From NCBI GenBank assembly GCA_050115495.1, contig JASFQK010000008.1:1-64000 (forward strand): 64,000 nt of DNA. The letters run 5' to 3'. Position numbers and translations under genes: made by a program. Under the pieces are notes generated by a model. That model was not told where the DNA came from, ran no database searches, and was given only the letters and a program-made list of their open reading frames with translations. This DNA is from Phycisphaerae bacterium. GTDB lineage: Bacteria > Planctomycetota > Phycisphaerae > UBA1845 > Fen-1342. Position 1 is the first letter of the stretch, and every line of letters begins with the position of its first letter. Of the stretch, positions 18,401-27,477 are shown in pieces.

Positions 18401-18969
18401 CAGGCGGTGGTTAGCAGCGGGCCGGCTGTGGTTCGGCCGTCCAGGCGGCCTGCGCCGGTGATGGCCAGGAACGCCTCGGGTTCCAGCGTGAAGAGGTCCC
18501 ATTGGGCGCGATTGGCCGGGTCGAAGAGCGCCTCGTCCTTCGGGGGCTGGCTGGCCTCCAGGCTGCCGTACATCTCAACGAACAGCGCCTGACGATGCGT
18601 CAGAACGTCCCGCAGGAGTTGCGCGAAGCCGCCTTGCTGGTTCGGGTCCAGGTCGTAATCTTCGGAATAAGCCATGACGGGCGGCAGCTCCTTGAGGAGC
18701 GGGACCACCACGTATCCGCGGGGGGCGATCGCGTAGCAGTAGGCCAGTAGGGCGTCTTCGTTCATGAGCGCTTGCGTGTCGACGATCTGTGGCTGCGGAT
18801 CGCCGCTCCACGCGCCCGCTTGCTGCGTCGTGTACGACAACCAGTTCTCGCAGACCCGCTGCATCTCGTCAGGGGTGCCGACTTCGCCGAACGCCGCGGG
18901 CGGGGCGCACAGCCCGATGACCGCGCACAGCAACACCGCTCCGCCAATAGTCTTTGCCATCGTGTTCAC
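15478..18969 (-). CDS. Secreted C10 (streptopain-like) peptidase homologue, probably inactive, with prodomain, ~13-14 W-x-G-x-x-W repeats and C-terminal dockerin
   Basis: GGAGG RBS before GTG; GPLLTTAWHEGPPYN, AGNVIVATAQIM, HALVCDG, HMNYGW; repeats ARWDGxxWQPLGxG; dockerin tail. Confidence 0.88.
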   Translation of the reverse strand: MNTMAKTIGGAVLLCAVIGLCAPPAAFGEVGTPDEMQRVCENWLSYTTQQAGAWSGDPQPQIVDTQALMNEDALLAYCYAIAPRGYVVVPLLKELPPVMAYSEDYDLDPNQQGGFAQLLRDVLTHRQALFVEMYGSLEASQPPKDEALFDPANRAQWDLFTLEPEAFLAITGAGRLDGRTTAGPLLTTAWHEGPPYNNLCPMGKETCWHCWDGSDPVYPTRAGNVIVATAQIMNYHGWPPSGTDGEMYYWDGDGSCEGNTAGASLWADFSDGYDWDNMPDTCDGGCTPEQEAAVAELCYEVGVAYETDYGVCYSWADTLIAPRVLPRSFQYDHAINVQARYNYTADSWFELIQSEIDAGRPMLYHIYRHALVCDGWQTSSGLHQVHMNYGWADSHTTWYSVDGLYCPWPSCGMNEEWLVRDMQRKGSDYWLPGDSLRGVGHSAGAMTTWDPDGTGPQPELLIVGGRFSMVGSVFANNVAAWDGTSWQPLGAGMDGEVYTLTVYDGELIAGGWFGVSSGVPCSYIARWDGTHWQPLGDGMDAPVYALTVHNGGLIAGGDFTTAGGVPCNRIARWDGSNWQPLGDGIDSPSSTVSELAVYDGELIVGGYFTTAGGVACSAIARWNGADWQPLGDGMGGSSPYVGALTICDGKLIAGGRFTTAGGTPCSDIARWDGSEWQPLGAGMGDSDASVYALGVYNGELIAGGSFTAAGGMPYRSIARWDGSDWQSLGDGTSGYIKTLAVYNAELVAAGQFSTAGDVPCCGIARWNGSVWQTLSPGMNRQVSALVAYNDELIAAGQFEVAGDIACNRIARWNGTNWQTLGTGMNLSVGVLTIYNGELIAGGVFTTAGDAECNHVARWDGSEWHPLGDGMNDNVSALAVYNGDLIAGGKFTTAGNAECNHIARWDGTDWQPLGLGLRGTGVTVSALAVYDDGLIAAGDFDYAGDLTARSIARWNDSDWQPLGTGTYGKVYALTIHDGLLIAGGDFHSIGDMPCESIARWDGSAWQTLGAGMTSPVLALTVFDNELIAAGSFGIADGRTSNRIARWNGSAWRPLGAGLSGTERPGVHSLAVYNDELIVGGNFTTAGDYVSPYWARWSPPRVPGDLNCDGVVNNFDIRAFVKAITDPAGYVQRYPDCNIMLGDLTGDGLVNNFDIAPFVDLLTGG

Positions 18970-19262
18970 AGCTTGATCCTCCCAGAGATGAACCCCAACC
19001 TTCCGGCAACTCCCGTGGTGCCGCCGGTTGCCTTCGTATTGAAGGGCTTCCTGCCCCGGCACGGTCAAGCGGAAACGCCGGTACGCTGTGAGCGGAACCC
19101 ACCGCCTGCCGATCCACGTGGCATTATACCCTGCTTATCGGCCGGGGGCACGCGCATTTCGAGCAGTCCGGGCGCACGAATACCCCGCTCCCGCCGTTGC
19201 GCGGCGGGGTCTGGCCTGGTGTTCTGCTGGTTCCGGGGCTACGGGGCCCTCAATGCCTGTGG

Positions 19263-21212
19263 CTATTCGCCAGTGAGCAGGCTCACGAACGGGCTGATGT
19301 CGAAGTTGTCGACGTTGCCGTCGCCGTTGACGTCGGCCAGCATGCGGTTGCAGTCGGGGTAGAAGCCGTAGTATTCGAGGTAGTCCGGCGGTGTCGCCGT
19401 CAGGGCTAGGACGAACGCCCGGATGTCGAAGTTGTCGACCGTGCCGTCGCAGTTGAGATCGCCGGCCACAAAGGGCGGCTCGCAATCCAGGGCGGTCAGC
19501 CGCACGTCATCGATGTTCCAGCCGCAGTACTGCCACGCCGTGTCGGTCGTACCCATCGTCCAACGCAGGTACACGGTCGGCTGATCGTCCGCGATGGCGG
19601 CGATGTCGAACGTCACCGGCGTCCAAGCGGTGTCGGCGACCTCGTCGGTGTTCTCCCAGAGCGTTGTCCAGGACGAGCCGTTGGTGCTGATGCGGACGTA
19701 GGCGTGGTCCCACGTTGGGATCTCGACGCCCAGCCACCGCCAGAAGCTCAGTTGCACGTCGAAGCGGCCGGTGCAGTCGATGGCCGTGCTGGTCAGGTGC
19801 CGCTCGGGCAGGTTGTTTTCGTAGTCGCCGCTCAGGTTGTACCCGTAGACGTTCGTGCCGGTGTAGCCGTTGGTCGGGTCGGGTCCGCCGTGGTCCCCGC
19901 CGCCGCCGGTCGGGTGCCCGAAAGCCCAAAGACCCTGCGTCGTCCAACCGGGGTCAACGTCGAAAGTGTTCTCGTAGAAGGCGTAGCGCCCGTAAGCGGC
20001 GATGCAGGAATACGTCGTGGTCGGGGCGATCCGCGGATCGGTGAAGACCTCGCCGCCGACGGCCTCGGCGCTGAAGTAGTACAGCACTTCGTCGCCGCAG
20101 ACGTTGGGCGGCAGGACCGCGTCGTACACGTTGGCGGCGACCTCGCTCATGGCTGTCGTCATCCAGCCGCCGCCGGTGTTGTAGTGCAGAACGCCGGTTC
20201 CCGGCTGAGGCGAAACCGTGCCCATGCCGGTGACCTCGACGCGGACAAGCGTACCGCCGAGCGGGGCGGAGTATTCCGGCCGACCCTCGGGATAGGTGAA
20301 CTTCAGGCCGTCGTAATCGACGAGCACGCCGGCGGCATCGACGAGCCAGCCGACCGCGCTGCGCGTCATCTTCAGGGCGTAGGGGAAGTTCAGGTTATCG
20401 GGGTTCTCGAAGTTGTCCTGCTGCGTGTGGTAGTAGGGGTTGTCCCAGCATTCGCCCTCGATGAGCAGGCAGGCCTGGAAGCCCTCCGCCTCGAACGGGG
20501 CGTGATCGCTGTAGGGCGTGTCGCCGCCGATCGTGTAGGTCAGGCCCTCGCCGTACTCGTCGATAGCGGCGGCCAGGGCGTTCTTGATCGGGTTGGAGGC
20601 GGTGCGGCCGTAGATGTTGGCGTGGTTGGTGCCAGGATCGTAGGCAACCATGTCGGCCGAGATCATGCCGCGGATGTCTTCGCTGGCGTGCGCATCGACG
20701 TAGCGATGGCTGCCGTACAGGCCCAGCTCTTCAAGGTCGAAAGCGATGAAGCGGATCGTGCACTCCGACTCGTACTGGCTGAGGATGCGGGCGGCTTCGA
20801 GCACCAGGGAGATGCCGCTGGCGTTGTCGTCGGCGCCGGGGTTGCTCACAGAGTCGTAGTGACCGGCGACGATGTAGATGCGTTCCGGATAGGTCGTGCC
20901 GGTTAATTCGGCGACGACGTTTTCACCGGTGTAGCTGCTGTACGTGAAGGGCTCGAGCTGCGCTGACAGCCCCCAGCTTTGGAACAGGTAGAGGATATTG
21001 TCGCGGGCGGGGTCGTGGTCGGCGCCGCTGGGCCCGCGATTGTTGCCGGTGTGCGTGAACAGCCAGTTGTCCATGAAGTCGTGGTAGCTGGTGAAGTTGA
21101 CCTGCTCGACGGCGGCTTGGCCGGCGTCCGAAGCCAGCACGCCGGGGACGTTGGTCCAGAGCAGGAAGAGGCCCAGTGCCGCCACGTGTCGCCATCCCAG
21201 TCGCGTGAACAT
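19263..21212 (-). CDS. Secreted M28 family metallopeptidase with C-terminal dockerin
   Basis: Metal-ligand motifs AGHYDS, GADDNASG, EELGLYGS, SADM, SDHAPF, YYH; dockerin tail. Confidence 0.92.
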   Translation of the reverse strand: MFTRLGWRHVAALGLFLLWTNVPGVLASDAGQAAVEQVNFTSYHDFMDNWLFTHTGNNRGPSGADHDPARDNILYLFQSWGLSAQLEPFTYSSYTGENVVAELTGTTYPERIYIVAGHYDSVSNPGADDNASGISLVLEAARILSQYESECTIRFIAFDLEELGLYGSHRYVDAHASEDIRGMISADMVAYDPGTNHANIYGRTASNPIKNALAAAIDEYGEGLTYTIGGDTPYSDHAPFEAEGFQACLLIEGECWDNPYYHTQQDNFENPDNLNFPYALKMTRSAVGWLVDAAGVLVDYDGLKFTYPEGRPEYSAPLGGTLVRVEVTGMGTVSPQPGTGVLHYNTGGGWMTTAMSEVAANVYDAVLPPNVCGDEVLYYFSAEAVGGEVFTDPRIAPTTTYSCIAAYGRYAFYENTFDVDPGWTTQGLWAFGHPTGGGGDHGGPDPTNGYTGTNVYGYNLSGDYENNLPERHLTSTAIDCTGRFDVQLSFWRWLGVEIPTWDHAYVRISTNGSSWTTLWENTDEVADTAWTPVTFDIAAIADDQPTVYLRWTMGTTDTAWQYCGWNIDDVRLTALDCEPPFVAGDLNCDGTVDNFDIRAFVLALTATPPDYLEYYGFYPDCNRMLADVNGDGNVDNFDISPFVSLLTGE

Positions 21213-21399
21213 GCTGTCTGCCTCCTGGTGGGAAGGGCCGCGCCGGGTTACCGGACGTTACGTTCGCGCGGCGACGCCGGCGGGGTATCAATCGAGGGCG
21301 GGACTTCCATCCCAGCCTCCTAGGCCAGTCTAGCAGCCGTCCGCCCGCCATGCCAAGCACATTTGCCGTAGAGAGCCGCCGTTTGCGAGGACGGTCCTT

Positions 21400-22749
21400 T
21401 CAAGGGCTGACCAGTTCGGCGACGAAGGGGCTGATGTCGAAGTTGTTGACTGTGCCGTCGCCGTTGAGGTCGGCCAGGGCCACCGCGCAGCGCGGGAAGG
21501 TCATCTCATACGTGGGCGGGTCGCTCATTGCCAGGATGAACGGGCTGATGTCGAAGTTGTTCAGGCGGCGGTCGCAGTTCAGATCGCCCGGGACGAACGA
21601 GCCGTACTCGTCGATGCCCATGTCGATCCGCGGCATGCCATTGCTGTTGCCGTCCCAGATGCGGAGCTGGCCGTCGTCGTCGGTAGCGGGCGCCGGCGGC
21701 CAGCCGCCGTTCGGATCGCCGGCGTCGATGCACGGCGAATCCGGCCGCAGGTGATAGTCGTTGTCTTCGCCGGTGAGCAGGTCGTTGTCGGGGCCGTCGG
21801 GGTCGACGAAACACGGATCGGCACAGATGTTACCTTCGCCGGGCCAGCAGCCCAGCACGTCGCTGTAGGTGACGTTGATCTCTGCGGGGCCGTCGTCCCA
21901 GATCTCCGAGGGACCGTCGACGAGAATGCTGTCGCGGATCCGCACGGTGATGTTGTAGTACTCGGCGTTGCACGACACGGCTCGGCCTTCGGGGGCGTCG
22001 TTGGCGACGAACGTGCAGCCGGCCAGCGTTAGGTAGGACGCGAGCCAGTTGTAGATCGCGCCGCCGCTGCTGGCCGAGTTCCCGGCGATGAGACAGTGGT
22101 TCAGCGTCGGGGCGCCGCCGACGATGTACAGACCGCCGCCGGCGTGATGCGGCGACAGACCGTGGGCGTAGCCGCCGCGCACGGTCACGCCGTCGAGCAC
22201 GGCGGTGGCGTCGACACCGCTGGCGTTCACGACGTGATAGGCGTTCTCACCGCAATGCACGAAGCCGGGCTCGTCGTCGCTGGCGAGGTCGCCACTGAGC
22301 ACGGTGGGATACTGGGCGGGGTCACGCCGGTTGGGGGCGTTGGGGTTGGCCAGGCCGGCGTAGCCGCCGAAGATGGCTACGCCGCTGCGCAGTTGGAACG
22401 AGGCCAGGCGGTCGCCGGGCACGTACGCACCGGCCTCGTCGTGGTCGGGCGTGTAGACGCCGCCGGCGACGTGGATTTCCGTTGGCGGGACGGCGCCCGT
22501 CACGGCGTCCTGGAGGTAGCGCAGCGCGGTGTTCCAGGTGCGGCCGTTGCCGCCGAGCGGGGCGTCGTCGTCCACGTAGAGAACGTCGGCGCGGGCGGAG
22601 CCGAGCAGCGCGGCGAGAACGAGGATTGCTGTGGTGAACCCTCCCCGTCGGCCGTGCGGATTCCCCGCAGGAGGCCGGAGCCTCGTGAGTACATGGGCCG
22701 CGACGCTGCGCGGCCGCCCCACACTGCCGAGCGCGTCAGAGTACTTCAC
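21400..22749 (-). CDS. Secreted parallel beta-helix (Pmp/choice-of-anchor Q-like) protein with C-terminal dockerin
   Basis: LYVDDDAP...W..A...LQDA, GGGLY, GGAIY, SPCIDAG, IDMGIDE; dockerin tail. Start uncertain. Confidence 0.85.
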   Translation of the reverse strand: MKYSDALGSVGRPRSVAAHVLTRLRPPAGNPHGRRGGFTTAILVLAALLGSARADVLYVDDDAPLGGNGRTWNTALRYLQDAVTGAVPPTEIHVAGGVYTPDHDEAGAYVPGDRLASFQLRSGVAIFGGYAGLANPNAPNRRDPAQYPTVLSGDLASDDEPGFVHCGENAYHVVNASGVDATAVLDGVTVRGGYAHGLSPHHAGGGLYIVGGAPTLNHCLIAGNSASSGGAIYNWLASYLTLAGCTFVANDAPEGRAVSCNAEYYNITVRIRDSILVDGPSEIWDDGPAEINVTYSDVLGCWPGEGNICADPCFVDPDGPDNDLLTGEDNDYHLRPDSPCIDAGDPNGGWPPAPATDDDGQLRIWDGNSNGMPRIDMGIDEYGSFVPGDLNCDRRLNNFDISPFILAMSDPPTYEMTFPRCAVALADLNGDGTVNNFDISPFVAELVSP

Positions 22750-22973
22750 CGCCGTGCTCCCGCCACCCGAGACTTGAAACGGGATTCACATGGCGACGTC
22801 GCCGGATACCGGCGAGGAAAATGTACATTTCATGATAGCCCATATCGCAAACGGGCTCAATGGCAATCATGCTTCCGCTGGTGAGCGAGGCACGCTCGGT
22901 GAACGTAGAATGCACAACCGTCAGTGGAAGCTATGCTTATGGTGTCCGGGTTCCGGACTGGAGGATGCGGACC

Positions 22974-23393
22974 GTGAAAGCGCGTTTCGAGCTGTTCGAC
23001 CATACAGCCGACATGGGCGTGCGCGTGGTCGCGCCGTCGCGGGCGGCGCTCGTCGAGCCGGCCGTGCAGGGGCTGTACGCCGTGTTGGGGCAGCTCGTGG
23101 CGGGTGCCGGATCGGAACCGCTTCCGTTTGCGGCGACCGACGCCGAAGTGCCCGTGCTGCTGCGCGACTTCCTCGCCGATATGCTGCGTTTGTTCGAGAC
23201 CCGCCGGCGGATGGTGACCGCCGTCCGTGTGGACACCTTCGACGAATCGCGACTGAGCCTGACTGCCGAGACCGCCGACGTGGACGAGAGCCGTAGCGTG
23301 CTCGAACGCGAGGTCAAGGCAATCACGTATCATGGACTGGACGTCCGGACCGTGCCGGGCGGCTACGAAGCGACCTTCATCGTGGATATCTGA
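22974..23393 (+). CDS. Archease
   Basis: FELFDHTADMG, EVKAITYHGL and C-terminal IVDI. GGAGG RBS; directly upstream of rtcB. Confidence 0.93.
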   Translation: MKARFELFDHTADMGVRVVAPSRAALVEPAVQGLYAVLGQLVAGAGSEPLPFAATDAEVPVLLRDFLADMLRLFETRRRMVTAVRVDTFDESRLSLTAETADVDESRSVLEREVKAITYHGLDVRTVPGGYEATFIVDI

Positions 23394-23397
23394 AGTC

Positions 23398-24858
23398 ATG
23401 GGTGACAGCTACGCCGGACCCCTTGAGCCAATCGATGCGTGCCGCTGGCGCATTCCGCGGTCGTACAAGTCCGAGATGCGCACCGACGGCGTGATCTACG
23501 CCGACGAGAAGCTCATGCCCAGCATCCGCGAAGACCGGGCGCCCGAGCAGGTGGCCAACGTTGCCTGTCTGCCCGGCATTGTCGGCTCATCGCTGGCCAT
23601 GCCCGACATTCACTGGGGTTACGGCTTCTGCATCGGCGGCGTCGCGGCCACCGATCCGGAGGCGGGCGGCGTGATCAGCCCCGGCGGCGTCGGCTACGAC
23701 ATCAACTGCGGCGTGCGGCTGATTCGCACAGCGCTGCCGGCCAGCGAAGTGCGGCCGCGGATCGAGCGGTTGGTCAACACGCTGTTCAACACGATTCCGT
23801 GCGGCGTCGGCGGGCACGGCAAGATCCGGTTTAGCCGCGGCGAGCTACGCGAACTAGTGACGGAAGGAGCGCCGTACGTCGTCAGCCGCGGTTTCGGCTG
23901 GGACGAGGACGTCGAGCGTACGGAAGAGGGCGGGTGTCTGGCCGGGGCGCGGGACGGGTACATCTCCGATCACGCCTACGAGCGCGGCCTCGAACAGGTG
24001 GGCACGCTCGGCAGTGGCAACCACTTCGTCGAGGTGCAGGTCGTAGACGAGATCGCCGACCGGCAGGTCGCCGAGGCTTTCGGCCTGTTCGCCGGTCAGG
24101 CGGTCGTCACCGTGCATTCCGGCTCGCGCGGCTTCGGCTACCAGGTGTGCGAGGACGCGTTGCGTGAGCTGCGCGGCGTGCCGGAGAAGTACGGCATTTC
24201 GCTGCCGGATCGGCAGCTCGTCTGCGCGCCCGTGCACTCGCCGGAAGGGGGGCGGTATCTGGGCGCCATGCGGGCGGCGGCGAACTACGCGTGGTGCAAT
24301 CGCCAGTTGCTCATGCACCTGACACGCGAGGTGTTCGCGCAGGTCTTCGGGCGGTCGGCCGAGCAACTCGAAATGCGGTTGGTGTACGACGTGGCTCACA
24401 ACATCGCGAAGCTCGAATCGTACGAGGTGGATGGGCGTCAGCGGCAATTGTGTGTGCACCGCAAGGGGGCGACGCGAGCGCTGCCCGCCGGCCATCCGGA
24501 TGTTCCCGAGGTGTATCGCGCCGTGGGGCAGCCGGTGCTCGTGCCGGGCGACATGGGGCGGAGCAGTTGGGTGCTGGTGGGCCAGCCGCAGGCGATGACC
24601 GAGAGCTTCGGGAGTTGTTGTCACGGGGCGGGGCGGGTGCTGTCGCGCGGGGCGGCGATCCGGGCGGCGAAGGGCCGTTCGATCGCCCGCGAACTGGCCG
24701 ATGTCGGCGTCATCGCCAAGGCGCGCGGCCGGACCGGTCTCGCCGAGGAGCAACCCGCCGCCTACAAGGACGTGAGCCAGGTGGTGGACGTCGTGCATCG
24801 CGCCGGCATCAGCCGCAAGGTTGCCCGGCTGCGGCCGCTCGGCGTCATCAAGGGCTAG
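23398..24858 (+). CDS. rtcB: RNA-splicing/repair ligase RtcB (archease-associated type)
   Basis: MPDIHWGYGF, GVGYDINCG, GTLGSGNHF, HSGSRG, YDVAHN, HRKGAT, HGAGR, EEQPAAYK. Confidence 0.97.
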   Translation: MGDSYAGPLEPIDACRWRIPRSYKSEMRTDGVIYADEKLMPSIREDRAPEQVANVACLPGIVGSSLAMPDIHWGYGFCIGGVAATDPEAGGVISPGGVGYDINCGVRLIRTALPASEVRPRIERLVNTLFNTIPCGVGGHGKIRFSRGELRELVTEGAPYVVSRGFGWDEDVERTEEGGCLAGARDGYISDHAYERGLEQVGTLGSGNHFVEVQVVDEIADRQVAEAFGLFAGQAVVTVHSGSRGFGYQVCEDALRELRGVPEKYGISLPDRQLVCAPVHSPEGGRYLGAMRAAANYAWCNRQLLMHLTREVFAQVFGRSAEQLEMRLVYDVAHNIAKLESYEVDGRQRQLCVHRKGATRALPAGHPDVPEVYRAVGQPVLVPGDMGRSSWVLVGQPQAMTESFGSCCHGAGRVLSRGAAIRAAKGRSIARELADVGVIAKARGRTGLAEEQPAAYKDVSQVVDVVHRAGISRKVARLRPLGVIKG

Positions 24859-26716
24859 GCATGGCCGGCGGTGCTCCTGCGCTGAGCCTGGCCAGGTCGG
24901 CGTTGACTGTCTCGAGAAGCTTGGCGGCCCGCTTGGCGAGCGCACTGCGCGAGTCCAGGGCGAGCAGCTCTTCGAGGCCCCTGCGGGCGCCCTCCAGCAT
25001 CTGTCCGGCCCGCCGGCGGTCACCGCCGGCGCCAAGGCGCCTCCCCAGTTCATGCTCGACTCCCGCCAGTTGGTAGCGGGCCAGAACGTAGCGAGGATCG
25101 GCGCTGATCGCCTTGATATACCAGGACCGCGTCTCGTCGAGCAGGTTCAGAGGGGATTCACGGCCGGCGGCAGCGAGGCGCGCGAAGCGCCGGTGAGCAA
25201 CCTGGCCCAGGTTGTAATACGCCGTCGCGTACCGGCCGTTCACCTTCAGCGAAGCGCGGAACTCGGCAGCCGCCTCGTCGAGCTGCCCGCGTTTCAGGTG
25301 CACGACGCCGATGGCGTTGTGCGCGAGCCAGCAGCCTTCTCTCTTCCCGGCGAGTTCGTACAGCGTCAGGGCCTCGCGAAAAGCGGCCAAGGCCTTATCG
25401 AGGGCTTCGGGATGGCCTTTCTGCCCAAACAGGTTGAGGTACTCGCGGCCCAGCGAGTACGCCGGCACGCCCGTCCCGGTCGCTTTCGCCTTCGTGTCCG
25501 TCCACAGGCTGATCGGATCGTGCCAGACGCGTTCGCGGGCTACCGTGCAGGCGCCATAGATCAGGACCAGAAAGCCACACAGCGCCGCCGCCGGCCACCG
25601 CGACGTCCGTCGCCCCAGCAGCGCCCCCAGCACCGCCCCGATTACCAGCACCAATCCGACCGACGGCACATACAGCGCCCGCTCGGCGAGGCGTTGCTCC
25701 GCGGTGCTCTGTAGCGCGGCCGTGAGCGACGGCGCCAGTGTCAGTCCGAACCACAGCAGCCCGATCAGCGGCACGACGGACCAGCGCCGTGACCACCACA
25801 GCAGCGCCAGCAGCTGGAGGGCAACGCCGGCCAGCGCGCCCAACAGGCCATACCCCAGCCCCGGAACCGAGGTCACGAGTGCACATTGCGGCGGTGGAAC
25901 CACCACCTTCCACAGGTAGTACGCCCACGCCCCGGCCAGCCGGACTGAGGTCTCGCCCAGGTTCCCTTTCAGCCAGTGCCCGTAGCCCGACGTCGCCTGG
26001 CTCCGGAGAACAAGGTACCCCGCCGTGGCCAGGGCGAACGCGCCGAGCAACGGCAACCACACGGCCGCCGCCTCGCCGTAGGATCTCCGGGCGGCATTCG
26101 TCTCCGGCTCCGGCCGCGGCACCAGCCACAGCAGCACCGGCAGCAGCACCACGCCGGTGATCGCGATTTCCTTTGTGCCCAGCGCCAGGGCGAACAGCAC
26201 CGGCGCGAGGATCACCGCCCACATGCTGCGTCGGTCGCGGTAGTGCAGGGCGCATACCAGGCTGCCCAGCAGGAACATGCCGGCCAGTGTGTCGCTGCGC
26301 CCAGTGATCCAGCAGACGGTCTCGGTATGGATCGGATGCACGGCGAAGACGGCCGCTGCGCCCACGGCGGCCCAGTCGACCCACGCACTCCGCCGCAGCA
26401 CCTGTCGTGCCAGCAGCCAGACGAGCACCGTCGCGATGCAATGGCAGATGATGACCGTGGCGTGCGGTCCCGCCGTGTCGCGCGGCCCGTAGAGGGCCCG
26501 GTCCATCAGGTAGGACAGCGTGATCACCGGCCGGTAGTACGAGTTCCCCCATTCGTAGATGCCCTTTGGCGGAAAGAAGACGTCGTGCAGTGATTGGAAC
26601 GCGACGATCTGGCGATCCTGGACGATGCGGTCGTCCCACACCAGGTCGCCCCACAGCGCGGGAATGTGCACGCCGGCGGCCAGCAGCAGCGGGATGGTCC
26701 AGCCCCAGCGTTTCAT
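24848..26716 (-). CDS. TMTC-like GT-C membrane glycosyltransferase with C-terminal TPR repeats
   Basis: WDD, YYRP, HPIHTETVCWITGRSD, AERALYVP; many TM segments; TPR-like C-terminus. ATGA overlap with the upstream gene. Confidence 0.82.
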   Translation of the reverse strand: MKRWGWTIPLLLAAGVHIPALWGDLVWDDRIVQDRQIVAFQSLHDVFFPPKGIYEWGNSYYRPVITLSYLMDRALYGPRDTAGPHATVIICHCIATVLVWLLARQVLRRSAWVDWAAVGAAAVFAVHPIHTETVCWITGRSDTLAGMFLLGSLVCALHYRDRRSMWAVILAPVLFALALGTKEIAITGVVLLPVLLWLVPRPEPETNAARRSYGEAAAVWLPLLGAFALATAGYLVLRSQATSGYGHWLKGNLGETSVRLAGAWAYYLWKVVVPPPQCALVTSVPGLGYGLLGALAGVALQLLALLWWSRRWSVVPLIGLLWFGLTLAPSLTAALQSTAEQRLAERALYVPSVGLVLVIGAVLGALLGRRTSRWPAAALCGFLVLIYGACTVARERVWHDPISLWTDTKAKATGTGVPAYSLGREYLNLFGQKGHPEALDKALAAFREALTLYELAGKREGCWLAHNAIGVVHLKRGQLDEAAAEFRASLKVNGRYATAYYNLGQVAHRRFARLAAAGRESPLNLLDETRSWYIKAISADPRYVLARYQLAGVEHELGRRLGAGGDRRRAGQMLEGARRGLEELLALDSRSALAKRAAKLLETVNADLARLSAGAPPAMPSP

Positions 26717-27477
26717 CGCACCGGCTCTGGTCGCGTTCCCTTGCGGGCGATTACCATGACGTTCTCCCCAAAGCGAGCCGGCAGCACCTCGCGCGCCAGC
26801 AGACAGGTCAGCACCGAAGGCCCCATGAAGATAGGGAACTGCACCCAGCGCGGCAACCACGACACGTACGGCAGATCCCAGTAGCCGTCGGCGAACTCCC
26901 GCACGACCACCAGCCCCGCCGCTCGTGTCAGCCGCAGCCATTGCGCCGGCGGCAGCAGCGAGCAGTGCGTCGGATCCTGGAGCGCGTACCAGGCCGGTCC
27001 CTTCCAGCGGGCCCCGAGCGATTCGGTGTTCGGCACGGCGTAGAACAGTACACCGCCGGGACGCAGCAGTCTCGCGCAGCGCCGCAGCACCGCCTCCGGA
27101 TCGCGCAGATGCTCGAAGATGTAGCGAGCGAGCACCAGGTCGAACGTTTCCGGAGCCAGCGCCGCCGGCAGCTCCTCGTTCAGGTCGGCGACGAGGCATT
27201 GCGAGCGGGGCGTGGTCTGCGCGCAGCGCTCGACCGCGTGGGCCGAGACGTCCACGCCGACCGTTTCGTAGCGCCGCTCGAGGGCTGCCAGCAGGAAGCC
27301 GTAGCCGCAGCCCACGTCGAGCACGCGCCGCCCGCCGGTCCGTTTGAGCCAGCGGTCGGCGATGCCGGCGTAGAGGCGCACCGACCACCACGCCTGGCCG
27401 AAGCGCGGCAGGTGGTTCACGCCGTAGGTCTCGCCGAAGTAGCGTTCGCCGAAGGGCTCGTCGGCCGGGGTGGTCAT
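26713..27477 (-). CDS. Class I SAM-dependent methyltransferase
   Basis: VLDVGCGYG, FDLV, FEHL, LRPGG, DPTH. Start MTTPAD overlaps the GT9 stop. Confidence 0.9.
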   Translation of the reverse strand: MTTPADEPFGERYFGETYGVNHLPRFGQAWWSVRLYAGIADRWLKRTGGRRVLDVGCGYGFLLAALERRYETVGVDVSAHAVERCAQTTPRSQCLVADLNEELPAALAPETFDLVLARYIFEHLRDPEAVLRRCARLLRPGGVLFYAVPNTESLGARWKGPAWYALQDPTHCSLLPPAQWLRLTRAAGLVVVREFADGYWDLPYVSWLPRWVQFPIFMGPSVLTCLLAREVLPARFGENVMVIARKGTRPEPVR

